Assembly (NCBI GenBank): GCA_964494135.1 | Contig: CAZBQN010000005.1 | Span: 934 to 64,933 of the forward strand | Source: an uncultured Ruminococcus sp. | GTDB lineage: Bacteria; Bacillota; Clostridia; Oscillospirales; CAG-272 | DNA: 64,000 nt | Direction of reading: 5' to 3' | Part shown: positions 41,964-50,415 of the stretch, one piece after another | Layout: each line of letters opens with the position of its first letter | Position numbering within the stretch: the first letter of the stretch is position 1 | Notes under the pieces: model-generated | What the model saw: the letters and a program-made list of their open reading frames with translations, nothing else | Told to the model about the DNA's origin: nothing | Databases searched by the model: none | Made by a program: the position numbers and the translations under genes

Positions 41964-42350
41964 ATGAATCTTCAGGAATCAGGAGAGATGTATCTGGAAA
42001 CGATACTGATTCTTACAAATGAAAATCCCCACGTGCGCTCTATCGACGTATGCGAATATATGGGCTTCTCGAAGCCCAGCGTGTCAAGAGCCATAGGGCT
42101 TTTAAAAAACGGCGGATACGTAAACGTGGACCGCGACGGATATCTTACTCTTACCGAGCCCGGCCGCGAGGTGGCAGTGAAGGTGTACGACAGGCACCGC
42201 GTCCTCAGCGAAATGCTCATAAGACTGGGCGTCAGCCCCGAGGTCGCCGTGCAGGACGCCTGCAAGATAGAGCACCATATTTCAGACGAAACCTTTGAAG
42301 CGATAAAGAAGCACATGGACAAAGAGGCTGGCTCAAGTTCAAAAACGTGA
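41964..42350 (+). CDS. DtxR/MntR-family metal-dependent regulator
   Basis: EMYLETI, KPSVSRA, RHRVL, DACKIEHHIS. Confidence 0.92.
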   Translation: MNLQESGEMYLETILILTNENPHVRSIDVCEYMGFSKPSVSRAIGLLKNGGYVNVDRDGYLTLTEPGREVAVKVYDRHRVLSEMLIRLGVSPEVAVQDACKIEHHISDETFEAIKKHMDKEAGSSSKT

Positions 42351-42632
42351 GCCAGCCTCTTTGGCATCCAGGGGATAGGGGGATCCCGAGCGAAAATCTT
42401 CGTTCTTCGCTCCGAAGGCGTACGGGTGTACGACGAGAGGGCGAAAACGGAGATAGAAGATGACCTCGTTTTAATGGAGAAATCCGTAGAATTTCAACCT
42501 TATACAGTAAATTCTCAGCTCATCTATTGATTTTTTAGCTGTTCTATTTATTTTTCGGTCATTTTCGGTTTCGCCGGGATGCGCCAGCCCCTTTCACAGT
42601 CAAAATCGGACGGCAATTCCGTATAAATCCTT

Positions 42633-43388
42633 TTACAGCTCGGTTTTTTTATTGAAATACATTCCGCCGAGCACAAAGGCGGCAATGTAGCAAATCGAAG
42701 CGAAAAGACAGCCGAGCAGTCTTTCGTTGCTGACGGTAAATGCCGAAACGTCGCTCAAAAAAGAGGAAAGCCAGATACTCGCCAGGGAGAAGCTTTCGTT
42801 TTCCAAAAACGAATCAATAAGGCTGAGCAACAAACCGACAAGCATGGGCAGAACGATAGTTGCGGCAATTGAAAAGCCGTTTTTGCGGATTATCGAAGAA
42901 AGGGCATAGAACAGCGACACGTACGCCATGCATACAACGTACTGCACGCAGAGTATACCGATAAATCTTAAATTCTCCGCCTCTCCTGCTCCGAAAAACA
43001 GGCTTCCGAAAACAAAAGCGGAAAGCTCGACAGCCGCGAACATAACAGTCGTGACGATCCATGCGGAAACGAGCTTCGCAAAATAAACCCTTCTTCTCGA
43101 ATACCCTCTTGCGAAAACCGTCTTGATTGTCTGCTGCTCGTAATCCTCGCACACGGTTAAAGCCGTGAAAATACCTACGATAAGAATAAACGAGCTGTTA
43201 TTTGCCGCGCCGATTAAACAGCCGATACCCGACAAACCGATTTCCCCGAACGATTCGGATTCCGTCTTCAAAAACAGGTAAGACATCAGCATTGGCAGGA
43301 CAAGCAGTAAAACCATAACGGCAGTGCATATATAAAAGCTTCTTTGCTTCCTTGTTTTTCTTAACTCAAAGCTCAATAGTCTGTTCAT
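42633..43388 (-). CDS. ABC-2 type transporter permease
   Basis: About six hydrophobic segments, EDYEQQTIK...ARGYSR. Follows an ATPase gene. Confidence 0.8.
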   Translation of the reverse strand: MNRLLSFELRKTRKQRSFYICTAVMVLLLVLPMLMSYLFLKTESESFGEIGLSGIGCLIGAANNSSFILIVGIFTALTVCEDYEQQTIKTVFARGYSRRRVYFAKLVSAWIVTTVMFAAVELSAFVFGSLFFGAGEAENLRFIGILCVQYVVCMAYVSLFYALSSIIRKNGFSIAATIVLPMLVGLLLSLIDSFLENESFSLASIWLSSFLSDVSAFTVSNERLLGCLFASICYIAAFVLGGMYFNKKTEL

Positions 43389-43390
43389 AC

Positions 43391-44281
43391 TTATTTACCC
43401 AACCTTTTAATGAAGAAATCTTCAAATCCGATACTTTCGTTTCTCAGCTCGTAGACCCTGACGTTGCCTCTGACAAGCTCCTCGTTAATAACGGAGGGGT
43501 CAATCACCTGTGAGTAAATTCTGATATATCCGTTTTCATTTTCCGTCTGTACGTCAGGATGATTCTGCTTGAGAATTGCCATGGCAGACGGCACGTCGTC
43601 CACCGCTACGTGCAGGCATGTACGGCACTTAAACTCAAGCTCATCCGCCGTAATCTCTTCAACAAGCACGCCGTCAGACATAATGCCGTAGTTTGTGGCT
43701 ATTTTACCCAGCTCGTCAAGCAAATGGCTTGAAATGATAAACGTAACGCCCGCTTTGTTCAAATTCAAAATAGTATCTCTTATCTCTTTAATTCCGGCAG
43801 GGTCAAGACCGTTGATGGGCTCGTCGAGAATTAAAACCTCCGGCTTGCCCAGCAAAGCAATTGCTATGCCGAGCCTTTGCTTCATTCCGAGAGAAAAGGC
43901 TCCGGCTTTTTTATTACCCGTGTCGGCAAGGCCTACAAGCGTTAACAACCCACGAATTTCCTCATCCGAGGTAGGCGAAAGAATTGCGAAGCGCTTCATA
44001 TTCTCAAAAGCCGTTTGGTTCTTGTATACAGACGGCGTTTCGATAAGAGAGCCGATTTTTCTTCTCGCGCCGTCAAGGTCCGCCGTGCCGAGCAGATATA
44101 TCTCGCCGGACTCGGGGATTGTCAGTCCGAGCAGTAATTTCAAAAGACTCGTCTTACCTGCTCCGTTCTTTCCGATAAGTCCGTATATATCTCCCTTCTT
44201 GACGTGGAGCGACAGGTCGTTGACCACCTTCTTATCACCGTATTTTTTCGTCAATGACTTTGTCTCGATAATGTAATCCAT
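43391..44281 (-). CDS. ABC transporter ATP-binding protein (BcrA/lantibiotic-immunity-like)
   Basis: GKNGAGKT, FSLGMKQRL, LILDEPINGLDP, ISSH. Confidence 0.92.
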   Translation of the reverse strand: MDYIIETKSLTKKYGDKKVVNDLSLHVKKGDIYGLIGKNGAGKTSLLKLLLGLTIPESGEIYLLGTADLDGARRKIGSLIETPSVYKNQTAFENMKRFAILSPTSDEEIRGLLTLVGLADTGNKKAGAFSLGMKQRLGIAIALLGKPEVLILDEPINGLDPAGIKEIRDTILNLNKAGVTFIISSHLLDELGKIATNYGIMSDGVLVEEITADELEFKCRTCLHVAVDDVPSAMAILKQNHPDVQTENENGYIRIYSQVIDPSVINEELVRGNVRVYELRNESIGFEDFFIKRLGK

Positions 44282-44322
44282 AAATCCTCCGCTTTCAAAG
44301 AAATTGCCGCTGTTTATTTCAA

Positions 44323-44362
44323 GGGGAGCTCAAGCTTTTTCAACTTGAGCTCCCCTCTTTTT
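44323..44362. terminator. Hairpin after PFOR
   Basis: GGGGAGCTCAAG / CTTGAGCTCCCC 12-bp stem. The T tract is stronger on the plus strand. Confidence 0.6.
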
Positions 44363-44392
44363 ATTTGTTAATTCATGGTCCACACCGGAAAA

Positions 44393-47300
44393 TTAAACGT
44401 TGTAGAACTCTACGAGCTTCTTCAGACGCTCATACTTAGCCTTTGCATTAGCCTCAGCCTTTGCAAACAGCTCCTTCGCGCGCTCGGGGAAGGACTGAGC
44501 AAGACGAGTGTATCTCGCCTCGTTATTGATGAAGTCCTGATAGGAAGCGGTAGGCTCCTTGGAGTCGAGGGTAAAGGGATTCTTGCCCTCTGCCTTGAGT
44601 GCAGGGTTGTATCTGAACATCTGCCAGTAGCCTGCCTCAACAGCCTTCTTCATCTCAGCCTGGCAGTTAGCCATACCGCCCTTGATGGAGTGCATCTCAC
44701 AGGGAGCGTAGCCGATAACGAGAGAGGGTCCGGGATAAGCCTCAGCCTCTGCAATCGCCTTGAGGGTCTGGGTCATATCAGCGCCCATAGCGATCTGTGC
44801 TACGTAAACGTAGCCGTAGGACATTGCGATCTCTGCAAGGTTCTTCTTGCCGATTGCCTTACCTGCCGCCGCGAACTGAGCAACCTGACCGATGTTGGAA
44901 GCCTTGGATGCCTGTCCGCCGGTGTTGGAGTAAACCTCGGTATCGAATACCATGATATTTACGTCCTCGCCGGATGCAAGCACGTGGTCAAGACCGCCGA
45001 AGCCGATGTCGTAAGCCCAGCCGTCGCCGCCGAAGATCCATACTGCCTTCTTGGACAGGAAGGACTTCTCGGCAAGGATCTCCTTAGCCTGCTCGTTACC
45101 CTCAGCTGCCCAGCCTTCAAGCAGAGCTACGAGAGCCTTGGTTGCGGGCTCGTTTGCCTTACCGTCGTTAACGGTGTTAAGGTACTCGTCAACGATAGCG
45201 CGGCACTTCTCACAGGGAGTCTCAAGAGCCTTAACCTTGTTGATAAGCTTATCACGGATCGCCTTCTGACCTAAGTACATACCGAGACCGTGCTCTGCGT
45301 TGTCCTCGAACAGGGAGTTAGCCCATGCGGGACCTCTGCCGGTCGCATTGTTTACGGTGTAGGGAGTAGCAGGTGCGGAGCCGCCCCAGATGGAGGAGCA
45401 GCCGGTAGCGTTGGAGATATACATTCTCTCGCCGAAGAGCTGAGTGATGATACGGGCGTAAGAGGTCTCCGCACAGCCTGCGCAGGAGCCGGAGAACTCA
45501 AGCAGGGGCTGCTTGAACTGGCTGCCCTTAACTGTAACGTTGATACGCTCGGGCTTCTCGGAAACGTTTGCGTAAGCGTAGTCGTAAACTGCCTGCTGAT
45601 CAAGCTGAGTGGCGATGGGCTTCATCTCAAGAGCGGGAGCCTTGCCGGTCTTAGCGGAGTTAGCTGTAACAGGGCACGCCTTTACGCAAAGGGTACAGCC
45701 CATACAGTCAAGAGGAGATACAGCCATGGTGAACTTGTACTCGGTCTTGGCAACGGGGTTCTTCGTGAACTTGGTAACCTCGGGTGCGTTTGCAGCCTCC
45801 TCGGCAGTCATGGCGAAGGGACGGATACAAGCGTGAGGACATACGAATGCACAGCTGTTACACTGGATACAGGTCTCGGAATTCCACTGAGGAACGGTTA
45901 CGGCAACGCCGCGCTTCTCGAAAGCGGATGAACCCTGAGGAAGAGTACCGTCAGCATACTTAGCGAAGGTGGAAACAGGGAGGCTGTCACCCTTCATTGC
46001 GCCAACGGGAACGACTATCTCGTTAACGAAGTCAATAAGGTCTGCTCTCTTACCGGTAACCTTAGCGGCGGGAGCGTCCTCGCCTGCCTTTGCCCAAGCG
46101 GCGGGAACGTCAACAACGTGAAGCGCATCCTTACCTGCGTCGATAGCCGCATGGTTAAGGTCAACGATAGCCTGACCCTTCTTGAGGTAGGACTTGGTTG
46201 CCATATACTTCATGTAGCCGATAGCTTCATCTATGGGAAGGATCTTCGCAAGAGTGAAGAACGCGGACTGAAGAACGGTATTCTTAACCTTTGCGTTACC
46301 GAGGGAGATAGCAAGCTGAGTTGCGTTGATGGTGTAGAACTTGATATTGTTCTTAGCGATATAGGACTTAACGTGAGCGGGCAGGTGAGCGTCAAGCTCC
46401 TCGTCCGTCCACTGGCAGTCGAGAAGGAAGGTACCGCCGGGCTTAACGTCCGAAATCATATCGTACTTGTTAAGGTATGCGGAGTTATGGCAGGCAACGA
46501 AGTCAGCCTTGTTGATATAATAGGAAGACTTGATGGGAGAATCACCGAAACGAAGGTGGGAAATGGTGATACCGCCGGTCTTCTTGGAGTCGTACTGGAA
46601 GTACGCCTGAATGTACTTGTCGGTGTGGTCGCCGATAATCTTGATGGAGTTCTTGTTTGCACCAACGGTGCCGTCGCCGCCCAGACCCCAGAACTTGCAC
46701 TGAATCATATCCTTGGGGGAGGTATCGGGAGCAGCCTTCTCCTCAAGAGAGTGACCGGTGAGGTCGTCAACTATACCTACGGTAAAGTGGTTCTTGGGCT
46801 CAGCCTTCGCAAGATTCTCGTATACCGCGAATACAGATGCGGGAGTGGTATCCTTAGAGCCGAGACCGTATCTGCCGCCTACAACCTTCAGACTTCTGCC
46901 GCACTCTGCGAGAGCCGTAACTACGTCGAGGTAAAGAGGCTCGCCGAGAGAGCCGGGCTCCTTGGTTCTGTCAAGAACCGCAACGACCTTAGCGGTAGCG
47001 GGAATAGCCTCGCAAAGCTTCTCCGCAACGAAGGGTCTGTAAAGTCTTACCTTAACAAGACCGACCTTCTCGCCCTTAGCGGTCAGGTAGTCGATAACCT
47101 CCTCCGCAACGTCGCAAACGGAGCCCATGGCGACGATAACGCGCTCTGCGTCGGGCGCGCCGTAGTAGTTGAAGAGCTTGTAGTCGGTGCCGAGCTTGGC
47201 ATTAACCTTGTCCATATATTCCTCAACGATTGCGGGGAACGCATCGTAATAGGGGTTGCAAGCCTCTCTGTGCTGGAAGAAGATATCTCCGTTCTCAGCA

Positions 47301-47977
47301 GAGCCGTGAAGCACGGGATGCTCGGGGCTGAGAGCTCTGTCGCGGAATGCCTGAACTGCGTCGAAGTCCAGCATCTCGGCAAGGTCCTTGTAATCCCAAG
47401 CGGCAACCTTCTGAATCTCGTGAGAGGTTCTGAAGCCGTCGAAGAAGTTAAGAACCGGAACTCTGCCCTTGATGGTGGCAAGGTGAGCAACTGCGCCCAG
47501 GTCCATAATCTCCTGAGGGTTAGTCTCGGCGAGCATAGCGAAACCGGTCTGACGGCACGCATATACGTCGGAGTGGTCGCCAAATATGTTAAGAGCGTGG
47601 GAAGCAACGCATCTTGCGGAAACGTGAATTACGCAAGGAAGAAGCTCGCCGGCGATCTTGTACATATTGGGGATCATCAGAAGAAGACCCTGAGACGCGG
47701 TGTAGGTGGTGGTCAGCGCGCCTGCGCCGAGAGAACCGTGAACAGCACCTGCGGCACCTGCCTCAGACTGCATTTCAACAACCTTGACGTTCTCGCCGAA
47801 GATGTTTTTGGCAGGCTGACCGAAGATGTTCCTGTCAGACGCCGACCAGGTGTCGGTAACTTCCGCCATAGGGCTGGAAGGGGTGATAGGGTAGATGGCG
47901 GCAACCTCTGTGAACGCATAAGAAACGTGCGCCGCAGCGGTGTTACCATCCATAGAAATTTTCTTTCTTTCTATCAT
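44393..47977 (-). CDS. nifJ: Pyruvate:ferredoxin (flavodoxin) oxidoreductase
   Basis: DGNTAAA, YPITPSS, GLGGDGTVGA, CIQCNSCAFVCPH, DCMGCTLCVKACP, CAGC, GGDGWAYDIG. Confidence 0.97.
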   Translation of the reverse strand: MIERKKISMDGNTAAAHVSYAFTEVAAIYPITPSSPMAEVTDTWSASDRNIFGQPAKNIFGENVKVVEMQSEAGAAGAVHGSLGAGALTTTYTASQGLLLMIPNMYKIAGELLPCVIHVSARCVASHALNIFGDHSDVYACRQTGFAMLAETNPQEIMDLGAVAHLATIKGRVPVLNFFDGFRTSHEIQKVAAWDYKDLAEMLDFDAVQAFRDRALSPEHPVLHGSAENGDIFFQHREACNPYYDAFPAIVEEYMDKVNAKLGTDYKLFNYYGAPDAERVIVAMGSVCDVAEEVIDYLTAKGEKVGLVKVRLYRPFVAEKLCEAIPATAKVVAVLDRTKEPGSLGEPLYLDVVTALAECGRSLKVVGGRYGLGSKDTTPASVFAVYENLAKAEPKNHFTVGIVDDLTGHSLEEKAAPDTSPKDMIQCKFWGLGGDGTVGANKNSIKIIGDHTDKYIQAYFQYDSKKTGGITISHLRFGDSPIKSSYYINKADFVACHNSAYLNKYDMISDVKPGGTFLLDCQWTDEELDAHLPAHVKSYIAKNNIKFYTINATQLAISLGNAKVKNTVLQSAFFTLAKILPIDEAIGYMKYMATKSYLKKGQAIVDLNHAAIDAGKDALHVVDVPAAWAKAGEDAPAAKVTGKRADLIDFVNEIVVPVGAMKGDSLPVSTFAKYADGTLPQGSSAFEKRGVAVTVPQWNSETCIQCNSCAFVCPHACIRPFAMTAEEAANAPEVTKFTKNPVAKTEYKFTMAVSPLDCMGCTLCVKACPVTANSAKTGKAPALEMKPIATQLDQQAVYDYAYANVSEKPERINVTVKGSQFKQPLLEFSGSCAGCAETSYARIITQLFGERMYISNATGCSSIWGGSAPATPYTVNNATGRGPAWANSLFEDNAEHGLGMYLGQKAIRDKLINKVKALETPCEKCRAIVDEYLNTVNDGKANEPATKALVALLEGWAAEGNEQAKEILAEKSFLSKKAVWIFGGDGWAYDIGFGGLDHVLASGEDVNIMVFDTEVYSNTGGQASKASNIGQVAQFAAAGKAIGKKNLAEIAMSYGYVYVAQIAMGADMTQTLKAIAEAEAYPGPSLVIGYAPCEMHSIKGGMANCQAEMKKAVEAGYWQMFRYNPALKAEGKNPFTLDSKEPTASYQDFINNEARYTRLAQSFPERAKELFAKAEANAKAKYERLKKLVEFYNV

Positions 47978-48040
47978 TGGATTATCCTCCGTAAAAAAAT
48001 TATTAACAACTCAAAGCGAGGGCGTGTCCCTCAAAGCAGA

Positions 48041-48069
48041 ATTATAACATAAAATAATAAAAAAGTAAA
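48041..48069 (-). promoter_or_regulatory. sigma-A promoter of PFOR with extended -10
   Basis: TTTACT-N17-TATAAT with TGn. Confidence 0.75.
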
Positions 48070-48152
48070 TACTTTTTTTCCAAAAAGCTCAAAAAAACCG
48101 GCAAAAAGTCGGCACCGGCAGAGCGATCGGCACTGACGGCAGCTTACCGCTT

Positions 48153-48764
48153 CTAATCCTCCCAAAGCCCAAGCTCAGACACCCGTGCCAGATACTCTTC
48201 ACGGCAGGATAAAAGGTTCAGCGCCTCAAGAAGCGCGTTTGCCGTCATGTCGGGAGGCAGCCCGTAGCTCTCTGCAAGACGCCCGCGGCGCACAGAAGAA
48301 TTCTTACTTCCCGACAAACCTGCGAGAAAAAAGTCAACTTTAGTTATCATTTCGTCCTCTTTTTTCTCGTTAAACTCGGCACGCCCCTCACCTACCGCAA
48401 AAGGCGAGAGAATTTGCACCAACAGGTCCTTATTCATTCCCTCAACGCCGAGAAGTCCCTCGGCACCCGGCGAGGACTTCCGTCTTTCCTTGCCTTCGAC
48501 CTTCGGGATGTAGACGTTATATATCTTATCTTTCGGCAAAATTCCGCGAAGGAAAGAGCGGATAATCTTCCCTCCCCCGTCGGAATCGGTGAGCACTATA
48601 ATTCCCCTCTCGCCGAGGCGGCGTATCAAAAGCTGTTTTTCTCGGGAGTTGAAGACAGAGAAGCCGTCGGTCGTCAGAATATGCGCGTCAAATACCTGCG
48701 ACAGAGTGTTCTTGTCGTACTTTCCCTCAACGATTACGGGAAACCTGAGCTTGATTTTCTCCAT
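48153..48764 (-). CDS. Toprim-domain ribonuclease M5-like protein
   Basis: IVEGKYD, VLTDSDGGG, C-terminal GLSG...RRGRL...GLP. Confidence 0.82.
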   Translation of the reverse strand: MEKIKLRFPVIVEGKYDKNTLSQVFDAHILTTDGFSVFNSREKQLLIRRLGERGIIVLTDSDGGGKIIRSFLRGILPKDKIYNVYIPKVEGKERRKSSPGAEGLLGVEGMNKDLLVQILSPFAVGEGRAEFNEKKEDEMITKVDFFLAGLSGSKNSSVRRGRLAESYGLPPDMTANALLEALNLLSCREEYLARVSELGLWED

Positions 48765-48789
48765 TATTCAATCTTCCTGTCCGCCTGAT

Positions 48790-49506
48790 TTACACGGCAC
48801 CGCGTTTGTCAATTTGCGGTTTTTTTTCGTTTGCCCCGGTACCCGCGGCTTTTTCTTTCTCTTTTTTGTATTTCTCACACAAATCGGACAGAGGACACTC
48901 ATTACACTCCGGTGAACGCGCGGAGCAAGTATCCCTGCCGAACATAACTATTCTGTGACAAAAATCCGAGCCCTCTTTCGGGTCCATAAGTCCGAGAAGT
49001 ATTTTCTCAATCTTATAAGGGTCGCGCTGACTCTCGGGATACATTCCCAGTCTTCCGCAAATCCGGATACAGTGTGTATCACATACTACCGCCGGCTTCT
49101 TGTATACGTCTCCGAGGAGTAGGTTCGCGATTTTCCTGCCCACCCCCGGCAGGGTCAGGAGGCTGTCCATATCGCATGGCAGCACTCCGCCGAAGTTATC
49201 CTCCAGCATACGCGAAGCTTCCTTAATATTTTCCGCCTTCTTCTTGTACAGTCCGCAGGGCTTCACGATCTCTTCTATACGCTCAAGCTCCCCATTCGCC
49301 ATAGCCTCGGCAGTTGGAAACTCCGAGAACAGCTCGCGGCACACAACGTTCACCCGTGCGTCGGTGCACTGTGCAGACAGCCTGCCCATTACCAGAAGCC
49401 GCCACGGGTCGCCGCCGTATTCCAGAGCGCACTCCGCGCTCGGATAAATCTCCTTCAGTCTTTCTATTATAAGAGCCAGCCGCTCTCTTTTTTCGGTTTT
49501 ATTCAT
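48790..49506 (-). CDS. nth: Endonuclease III
   Basis: LSAQCTDARVN, LPGVGRKIAN, DTH, C-x6-C-x2-C-x5-C. Confidence 0.93.
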   Translation of the reverse strand: MNKTEKRERLALIIERLKEIYPSAECALEYGGDPWRLLVMGRLSAQCTDARVNVVCRELFSEFPTAEAMANGELERIEEIVKPCGLYKKKAENIKEASRMLEDNFGGVLPCDMDSLLTLPGVGRKIANLLLGDVYKKPAVVCDTHCIRICGRLGMYPESQRDPYKIEKILLGLMDPKEGSDFCHRIVMFGRDTCSARSPECNECPLSDLCEKYKKEKEKAAGTGANEKKPQIDKRGAV

Positions 49507-49548
49507 CCGTTCTTCACTCCTGCCTTGATACTGCCCGAAGGCGTCATT

Positions 49549-50124
49549 TCAGTCCTCCGCTGAAAGTGCGCGGTTTATCAGCTCCCGGGTCAAGCTCAGC
49601 GAAAGTCCTATAACAGAGTCGAAATTGCCGCGCACCTCGCCGACGAACCCCCGCGCACCGCTTTGTATTCCGTAAGCACCCGCCTTGTCCATCGGGTCGC
49701 CCGAGGCGACGTAATCGGCTATCTCTCCGTCCGTCAGCTCTCTGAAGGTCACCGCGGTGCTGTCGGTGCCGCTGTATACTCTGCCGTGATAATGTACCGC
49801 AACTCCTGTATGTACGTTGTGTGTCCTGCCGGACAGGCTTCTCAGCATAGATACAGCTTCATTCTCATCCCGTGGCTTGCCCAGCGGTACGCCGTCCAGC
49901 TCCACCAAGGTGTCCGAGGAGATTATAAGGCAATCCTCTCTGCCGCCCGCAACAGCCGCCCCCTTCCTCACGGCAAGCAGCTCCACTCCCTCCTTCGGGT
50001 GCATGCCTGCCGGAATAGTCTCGTCCACCTCGCAGGTGATTATTTCAAAGTTGTCAAGAAGCCTGCCGAGCAGCTCGCGCCTGCGCGGCGACTTGGATGC
50101 CAGAATATATTTTATCCTCTCCAC
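49549..50124 (-). CDS. maf: Maf-family nucleoside triphosphate pyrophosphatase
   Basis: ILASKSPRRRELL, SSDT, GKP, DKAGAYGIQ. Confidence 0.92.
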   Translation of the reverse strand: MERIKYILASKSPRRRELLGRLLDNFEIITCEVDETIPAGMHPKEGVELLAVRKGAAVAGGREDCLIISSDTLVELDGVPLGKPRDENEAVSMLRSLSGRTHNVHTGVAVHYHGRVYSGTDSTAVTFRELTDGEIADYVASGDPMDKAGAYGIQSGARGFVGEVRGNFDSVIGLSLSLTRELINRALSAED

Positions 50125-50204
50125 TTGGATCCTCCGTCATGTCGTAAAACGACAGCCTTCATATTCCGTATATAGAATACCGCAAAACGGCATTTTTCAC
50201 ATAA

Positions 50205-50233
50205 AGTATATACAATTATGAAGGAAAAGTCAA
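50205..50233 (-). promoter_or_regulatory. sigma-A promoter of the maf-nth-RNase M5-like unit
   Basis: TTGACT-N17-TATACT. Confidence 0.7.
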
Positions 50234-50358
50234 GTGGTTCACGGCTTTCGGGCATATAAGCGGACGGTATTCTTTAATATTCCTCCGCATTACAGCCTGA
50301 CGTACCGAAAAGCATTGAAAACCTAAAACTGACGTACAAACGCACGCCGACCTATGCG

Positions 50359-50388
50359 AAAAAAGGCGACCCGTTTTCACGGGTCGCC
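50359..50388 (-). terminator. Intrinsic terminator after the large lipoprotein
   Basis: GGCGACCCG / CGGGTCGCC stem followed by TTTTTT. Confidence 0.85.
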
Positions 50389-50415
50389 GAAGCTTATTCT
50401 GTGTCTTAACCGAAA

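Noticed and set aside
42633-44281. ABC pair as part of a bacteriocin cluster
   Set aside because: No precursor, modification enzyme or two-component system is adjacent; treated as a generic exporter.
47990-48010. Rex box upstream of PFOR
   Set aside because: Only one half-site (TTGTTAA) is present.
46118-48052. 644-aa and other plus-strand ORFs over PFOR
   Set aside because: Antisense shadows expected from strong codon bias.
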